Of a DNA stretch of 64,000 bases, positions 56,961-64,000 are shown piece after piece (the stretch's first letter is position 1; each line of letters begins with the position of its first letter). The stretch is from Eledone cirrhosa (Eukaryota), in assembly GCA_964016885.1 (NCBI GenBank), contig OZ024756.1, positions 21,576,001 to 21,640,000 on the forward strand, written 5' to 3'. The notes beneath the pieces were generated by a model. The model was not told the DNA's origin. It searched no databases and saw nothing but the letters and a program-made list of their open reading frames with translations. Position numbers and translations under genes: made by a program.

Positions 56961-57224
56961 TTCTTACACAGGCACATTTTAGTTAGGTGAAGGGCAGTGT
57001 TGATTGAATCGACCTCTCAGTTTTCGCGTTATATTGGTTTTATCGATCTACACCATCTATACAAAACAGAACTATTGAACAGTCATTAAAACCTATTCCC
57101 GCAGGAGTTAAAAAAAAAAAATAGATAATATAAATAAATAGATAAATAGATAAATAAAAAAAGAAAGTTGCGCGGTGGATTTAAATAATGTCGTTTGTGC
57201 TCTCGTTAAGAATTGACTGTTGCC

Positions 57225-58010
57225 TTCTACTGCTGGTGAAATATGAGGGTGGACACTGCGTAGCCACTTGTACTGCTAGAAATAGCAACCCAAATCTGTA
57301 CCTACAATGTCTCAGGAAAGAATCGCTGGGCAGATTTTACGGGCAAAAACCAAGCAGACAACAGGAGACCCAGGGATAGACCACGAGCAAGATGGTTGGA
57401 TAACATTTATGCACTCGCTTAGCCTCACTTGGGGACCGAACCAGATCATTGAGATTTCACTGTTGGCTTCTGTGCTGGTGAAATATGAGGGTGGACATTG
57501 CATAGCCACTTGTACTGCTAGAAATAGCAACACAAATCTGTAGGTAGAATTCTCAGAAAAGAATCGCTGGACAGATTTTACGGGCAAAAAACGGACAGGA
57601 CATCCAGGAGTCGACCCCCCGAGCTAGATGGTTGGATAACATTTATGACCTCGACTGGTTTCGCTTGGGGACCGAGCCGGATCGTTGAGATTTGAGAGTT
57701 CCCTCTACTGCTGGGGAAATATGAGGGTGGACACTGCATAAATACATGTTCTGCTAGAAATAACAACATAAATCTGTAGTTAGTATGTCTCAGGAAAGAA
57801 TCGCTGGACAGATTCTGCCAACCAGCCAGCAAGAGACTCAGGGGTAGATCCCCGAGCAAGATGGTTGGATAACATTTATGACCTCGGCTGGTTTCGCTTG
57901 GGGACCGAGTCGGATCAGCAGGAGAGAGTTGTTTCTGGCATGAAGGCATGCTTAAGGACCCTGCCTACATGATGCTCTTAGGAATAAGTCGACGGAAAAT
58001 ATGGGTGAAG
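57225..58010 (+). mobile_element. Three tandem ~240-bp chimeric units (unknown repeat fused to an RTE 3' coding fragment)
   Basis: Units start tgctggtgaaatatgagggtggacac at ~57230, 57473 and 57709; each contains caggaaagaatcgctgg..gagcaagatggttggataacattt. Confidence 0.8.
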
Positions 58011-58281
58011 ATAAGGAAGCATCTATATGGAGGTTGCAGTTGCGAGAAATAGTAGCCAACATTTCCAACAAATCCCATACAAACCCACACACAAGCACAC
58101 ACTCACAAGCGCACACATATACTTACACACAGGCAACCACACACACACACACACACGTATGTGTATGTATTTATACATATATACATATATATATATATGA
58201 ATGTGCGTGACTGTATATATATATATATTTATATATACACTTAAATATATACTTATATATACTTAAATATCTCTATATCCT

Positions 58282-58322
<41 letters not shown>

Positions 58323-58323
58323 T

Positions 58324-59217
58324 CTTGCAGGCGGACCCGGCGATCAGTGGAGACTCCACTTCGTCATTCTATAGAGGGTTGATCCGCAGCAAGTGCGACG
58401 ACGCGCTCGGTCAAACTCTAGGCGTAGAGGAAGATGAACTGGCCAAACTGTTCGGTAGGACTTTCCGCCCGGGACCGATGGACAACTTCCAAAAGTCCCT
58501 GGCCTGGCAGTGCTACCGAGGAGCTCTACCAGTTCGAGACAAGCTCTACAGACATGGGCGCCTGGGCAGGGACCCTGCAAAAAAGATCTGTCCAAGGTGC
58601 GTGCGAGACGAAGAAACCGTCGCGCACGCATTCATACACTGCCCGGGCGTTACCGACCTGTGGGGATATGTAGAACGACTATTGTCGCGGGTGGGACCAA
58701 ACCGGTTGACCACCGAGTCCATTGTCATGATCAAACCGCCACCCTCCTTCAAAAACGAAGGAGAGGCGGTTTTCCTTTGTGTGATAGCTATGGCGAAAGA
58801 GGTTGTATGGTGGACAAGGTTGAAATGGCTGAGGTCAGACACCCTTCTCTCCGGCCAACAACTGATTCTTTTTTTCAAATACCACTTTGGAAGAAGAATC
58901 AGGATGGAGAGAGAGGTGCTGTACCCCAGCAAGTTTTATGAAAGGTGGGTGAATGGGCCTTCTCTCTATATCAGCCTGTAGGTTGAGGAAATGGAGGAGG
59001 AGAGGAAAGGAGTACAAACTCTTCGTCCTCCTGGAGATGAGGGTTGCACATTTTTTCGGGGGTGTGTTACCCATATGAACTGTCTCCTCCTATTGGGGAA
59101 AATCGAATAATTTTTAAATTGCATTTGTGATAATATTTTACACGTTTTTATTGTATGTAAACTTCCCCCTTTGTATTTGTCCCCTTCTTTTGTGCCCCTG
59201 TGGCTAATAAAGAAACA
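58324..59217 (+). mobile_element. 5'-truncated Tx1/L1-like LINE inserted in (TATC)n
   Basis: ORF 58325-58981 with zf-RVT-type motif AWQCYRGALPV..L......CPRC...EETVAHAFIHC....LW; 3' UTR ending AATAAAGAAA; (TCTA)n on both sides. Confidence 0.88.
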
Positions 59218-59273
<56 letters not shown>

Positions 59274-59989
59274 CGTCTGCCTGTGTGTATGACTGTCTGC
59301 ATGTGTGTGTGTGTGTGTCTGTGTGTGTGGGTAAAGAGGAATAACTATGCAAACGACACAGTACAATGAAGAAATATATCAGTTTAGCGCTTAATATAGT
59401 AGAAAAGAATTCTTAACGTTTCGGATAGTAATATATAGGTACATGGACATCATGTGCGTAAATTCACGTTAATAGAGCAAAAGTAGTAATATGGTAGTAA
59501 CATTGTATTCATTGACTGTCTGACTGACTGGAAAACACTTCAGCGAGTGTGGGGGGAGGTCGGCGGGAGGTTATGGAAGACATAGTGAACAAATGGTGAT
59601 GTTGTTGATGGTATTGCTGGTGTTGATGATGAAGATGGTGGAGATTGTGATAATGACGGTGATGTGAGGGTGGTTGCTAATGGCCGTTCGTTGCCAGACT
59701 GAGAAAATGAGGGTGGATAAAGTGAGATAGATAGATAGAGGGGAGGAGGGAGACAGAGGCGGAGAGAAGGAGATAGATATGGATTGTGACTAAACTAGAA
59801 GGGATACATCTAATTGTCCCCCGAAAATAGTACGAAAAGGTGTGTATAAGTATGTATGTACACACAGCACCTTCCCACAGACAGGCCCAACCCTATATCT
59901 ATCTATCTATCTATATACATAGGGTTAACTGAACAGAGATGTGCGGACCCCCTTATGGTTTGTCGGTTGAATATGGCCTCCGATCTTTT

Positions 59990-60086
<97 letters not shown>

Positions 60087-60099
60087 AAGAGGGTGTGAT

Positions 60100-60227
60100 A
60101 AGGTACCAGGTGAACCATAGCTCACCAGAGTAGTCAATAATTAGAGTAGTAGAGTGGGTAATAGGAAAAGAGTCAGGACCCCGACGGCTGAGTTCCAGTC
60201 GTTTTGTCAGCTAGATCCGAACTGAGT

Positions 60228-60265
<38 letters not shown>

Positions 60266-60506
60266 ACGAAGGAAATGTGGTAAGGAACCAGGTGGACCAT
60301 AACGCACCAAAGTACTCAATACTTATGGTAGTAGAGTGTGTAATAGGAACGAGTAGGACCCCGACGGCTGAGCTCAAGCCATTTCGACGCCTAATTCTGG
60401 ACTAAAAAAAATAAAATAAAATAAAAATCTTTTTTTTTAATTTTTTTTTTAGTCCAGAATTAGCCGTCGAAACGGATTGAGCTCAGCCGTCGGGGTCCTA
60501 CTCGTT

Positions 60507-60510
<4 letters not shown>
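60100..60510 (-). mobile_element. Two family A elements; the second has a fold-back head with an A/T-run spacer
   Basis: 60266-60510: ..taggaacgagtaggaccccgacggctgagctcaagccatttcgacgcctaattctggact-(A/T runs)-agtccagaattagccgtcgaaacggattgagctcagccgtcggggtcctactcgttccta-(TA)n. Confidence 0.85.
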
Positions 60511-60561
<51 letters not shown>

Positions 60562-60594
60562 GTGTGGCCGCAAATAAATTTATATATACATATA

Positions 60595-60720
60595 TGGGAG
60601 TCCCGGGTTTAATCAGGGGCAACCACAATGAGTAAGTCACTCAATACATTAATAGCGTATATATTTCCTGACGATTTCCTTGGAATGAAACAGTTCAAGT
60701 CCTGTAGACGCCATTTCATT
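60595..60720 (+). ncRNA. Family C module with hammerhead motif
   Basis: CTGACGA-tttcc ttg gaat-GAAAC-agttcaa-GTC-ctgtag at 60668-60707. Confidence 0.65.
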
Positions 60721-60848
60721 ATAAAATTGTGTTATACATACACACACACACACATAAATACGCACACACATATATATATACACATATATACACACACATA
60801 TATATATACGTACACAAACACACACATATATATATTATATATATATAC

Positions 60849-60884
<36 letters not shown>

Positions 60885-60900
60885 ATATATACGTACACAA

Positions 60901-60935
<35 letters not shown>

Positions 60936-61069
60936 ACACATATATACATATATATATACACATATATACACACACATATATATATACACATATATACACA
61001 TATATACACACACATATATATATATATACATATATATATATACACATATATATATATATATCTACACAA

Positions 61070-61110
<41 letters not shown>

Positions 61111-61117
61111 TATATAC

Positions 61118-61148
<31 letters not shown>

Positions 61149-61359
61149 TACATATATATATATATATCTGTGTGACCGCAAAATGAAGGAATGAAAAAAA
61201 GAGAAGTAAAGTAGATAAGGAGGACAATGGTGAAAGAGACTGTAAAATAAATCAATATTAGTCTCGATTGTAGGCGGTGTAACAGTATTGTGAAGTGGTG
61301 GTTTCTGGCGGCGGTACACTGCAGCGTGTATGACCGCCATTATATGTATGTATGTACTG

Positions 61360-61552
61360 AGGGCGGTGGATTGGCAGTATCGGTAGAGGGTCGGACGCCA
61401 TGCTTTGAAGCATACAGTTACGTCCCTTTATGATCTGAGTTCAAATCTCGCCGAGGTTGACTTTGCCTTTCATCCTTACGGTGTCGATAAAATAAAGTAC
61501 CAGTAATGCACTGGGTAATTTCTGGCCTTGTGCCTAAAGTAGAAACAATTGT
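61360..61552 (+). mobile_element. SINE-1, full length
   Basis: A/B boxes, core and tail; (TATG) context on both sides. Confidence 0.9.
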
Positions 61553-62089
61553 ATGTATGTAGAGATGACCCCTTAGCCTTTGTCAAGGCAGAATTCTAGG
61601 AGAAGGAAAACTCTGATATAACACCTACAACTCTGATAGTATCCAATGATGTTGACTTGTTCTTCTATTTGGTAAATATCATCTTGGTTAAGATGTGGGA
61701 CTGGCTTTGTGCAGTGCCTTTGCTCACTATAAAAGCTTCACGGCACAGGTATTGCTTTATATCTGGAGATCTCTCTGCACTTGTCGTCACATGGTACCAT
61801 GGGCCCAGCACTATGTGTCAATAATTGTCACAAGTGTAGTGTTTGTACCAGAGTTTTCAAGTCGCTGGCTGGACTAAAAAGTCACACTCGTTCAGCGCAT
61901 CGGTAGGGGTTCTCCTACATGGATATAAAGTAGTGGCCGTACTCGAAAACGAGTTGGCAGCCACCATGTATGTATGTATGTGTGTGCAGATATATGTGTG
62001 TGTATATACATACATATAATCACGGTCATGTGTATATATATAACAGTATTGCGAAGTGGTGGCACACTGCAGCCTGTATGACAGTCATT

Positions 62090-62280
62090 GGTGGATTGGC
62101 AGTATCGGTAGAGGGTCGGACGCCATGCTTTGACGCATAGAGTTACGGCCCTTGCCATTCTGAGTTCAAATCCCGCCGAGGTTAACTTTGCCTTTCATCC
62201 TTACGGGGTCGATAAAAAAATAAAGTACCAGTAATGTACTGGATATTTGCTGGCCTTGTGCCAAAAGTAGAAACAATTAT
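62090..62280 (+). mobile_element. SINE-1, near full length
   Basis: A/B boxes, core and tail. Confidence 0.9.
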
Positions 62281-62329
62281 ATGTATGTATCTGTGAGTGT
62301 GTATGTATGTGTATGTATGTATGTATGTA

Positions 62330-62383
<54 letters not shown>

Positions 62384-62457
62384 AGTATGTATGTAAGTGT
62401 GTATATATATGTATGTATCTGTGTGTATATAGATGTATGTGTATGTATGTGTGTATA

Positions 62458-62503
<46 letters not shown>

Positions 62504-62551
62504 AGTATGTATGTATGTGTGTATATATATGTATGCATGTATGTATAACAA

Positions 62552-62693
62552 GGCGAGGGATTAGCAGTATCGTTAGAGGGTCGGACGCCATGCTTTGACG
62601 CATAGTTAAGGCCCTTGCCGTTCTGAGTTCAAATCCCGACGAGGTTAACTTTTCCTTTCATCCTTATCGACCCCGTAAGGATGAAAGGCAAAG
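62552..62693 (+). mobile_element. SINE-1 head ending in a fold-back of its core
   Basis: acttttcctttcatcctta-tcgaccccg-taaggatgaaaggcaaagt. Confidence 0.8.
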
Positions 62694-62855
62694 TATGTAT
62701 ATATACACACACATGAGACCGTGAATATATGTATGTATATATACACACACACACACGTGTATATACAGATTTGTGTGTGTGTGTATATACATATAAACAC
62801 GGTCACATGTATATATTTGTATGTATGTATATTCACACGTACATATATATGCGTG

Positions 62856-62897
<42 letters not shown>

Positions 62898-63002
62898 AGC
62901 GTAAAACTAACAGAATTTGTGCATTTCTGCATTTTTCTTGTTTCTTTCTTGAAACACACACACATATATATTTGTATTTTATATATTTATATATATTTGT
63001 AT

Positions 63003-63035
<33 letters not shown>

Positions 63036-63119
63036 ATGTGTATATATTTTCGCATATGTGAATGCGTGTGTGTATCGATATGTATATGCAGATCGATGGC
63101 CATGATTTACAGATAAGAG

Positions 63120-63330
63120 GTTGCTAGTACTACAAACTACAAACAAGCTCTCTATGGAGAACTAACTGATGGATCAAAGAAGCATTAAGAGAATGCAAGA
63201 AAGATGTTTAAGGATTCTCTGAAGTCTGACTTGAGGGATAATAAAAAAGAGAACTGTGTCTTGAGAAAGATTGGCAGCACATCGTATTGCTTGGGGAAAG
63301 TGTGTATAAAATGGAGGTAAAAATATGGCG
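63120..63330 (+). mobile_element. RTE-like LINE C-terminal remnant (second family)
   Basis: KQALYGELTDGS....RKMFKDSLKSDL resembles the K.LLYGEL..G.R....K.RYKD.LK motif. Confidence 0.55.
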
Positions 63331-63641
63331 GCTAGAACATTGTCCTATGCAATGCTGCTCCTTGTATCCCACAAGAAAGAAATCATAATTTTCCCCACGG
63401 GAACACGAGAAAGAAAGTAGTCGTTAATATGTATTTATTGTCATCGAACCCTTATATCTCGATCTGGAATCACAAATCAACTAAAGTCACTTGATAAGCA
63501 AGCAAGCAATATCAGGTGCTCGACTTGTGATTTAAGCGGTAGGTCACACTTAGGATTAACAAAGTGTAATAGTGAGAGGTGATGAGGGGGAGATAGACAG
63601 AGGCGATGACAGTGGGAGTTTGGCTCCTGTGTGTTCGGACC

Positions 63642-63723
<82 letters not shown>

Positions 63724-63794
63724 ACTTCTATTCAGTAAACTATATATGTAAACACAATGTATATAAAGGATGTCACCTATCTACAGTCATCTGA

Positions 63795-64000
63795 AGGCGC
63801 ATGCCTTTGTGGTTACAACTTTGGGCTTACAATCGTAAGTTGTGAGTTCAATTCCAGGACCGGGCGATGTGTTGTATCCTTTAGCAAATTACAATGACTT
63901 GCTGAAGAACATTTTTACAAAGTCCTTTAGCAAGTCATTGTAATTTGCGTTCTTGCAGTTCGCTCAGCTGTAGAAATGAATTGCGACTGGTGCCAAGCTG
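63795..64000 (+). mobile_element. SINE-2 interrupted by a small palindrome
   Basis: ggcgcatgcctttgtggtta..gagttcaattcc..; gcaaattacaatgacttgct / agcaagtcattgtaatttgc at 63884-63949. Confidence 0.8.

Noticed and set aside
61560-61900. Possible RTE 5' UTR-like fragment (ggagaaggaaaactctga)
   Set aside because: Single short motif, insufficient support

Overview
Eukaryotic, extremely microsatellite-rich DNA. The tRNA-headed SINE families (e.g. GAGTTCAAATCCCGCCGAGGTTAACTTTGCCTTTCATCCTTACGGGGTCGATAAAATAAAGTACCAG) and the repeat landscape look like an octopod cephalopod genome; this is recognition from memory, not a database result. Almost all ORFs in the track are artefacts of simple repeats. The real protein-coding signal is retroelement-derived: a 5'-truncated but otherwise open Penelope-like RT + GIY-YIG ORF (28.8-30.2 kb), a second Penelope-like GIY-YIG fragment (16.2-17.1 kb, minus), a Tx1/L1-like 3' fragment (58.3-59.2 kb), and CRE-, Ingi/Vingi- and RTE-like remnants. 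There are also about 20 SINE copies, three TA-flanked MITEs and several minisatellites. Four small minus-strand segments with splice signals may be exons of an unidentified host gene. Most notable: about ten hammerhead-ribozyme (HHR) motifs, plus several short repeat families that abut (TA)n tracts and often form fold-back palindromes. In the commonest family, only the 3' half of a hammerhead is present; in the palindromic copies the CUGANGA strand is replaced by the reverse complement of that 3' half. A Tx1-like family sits in (TATC)n in all three clear copies. Repeat boundaries are approximate (read by eye).
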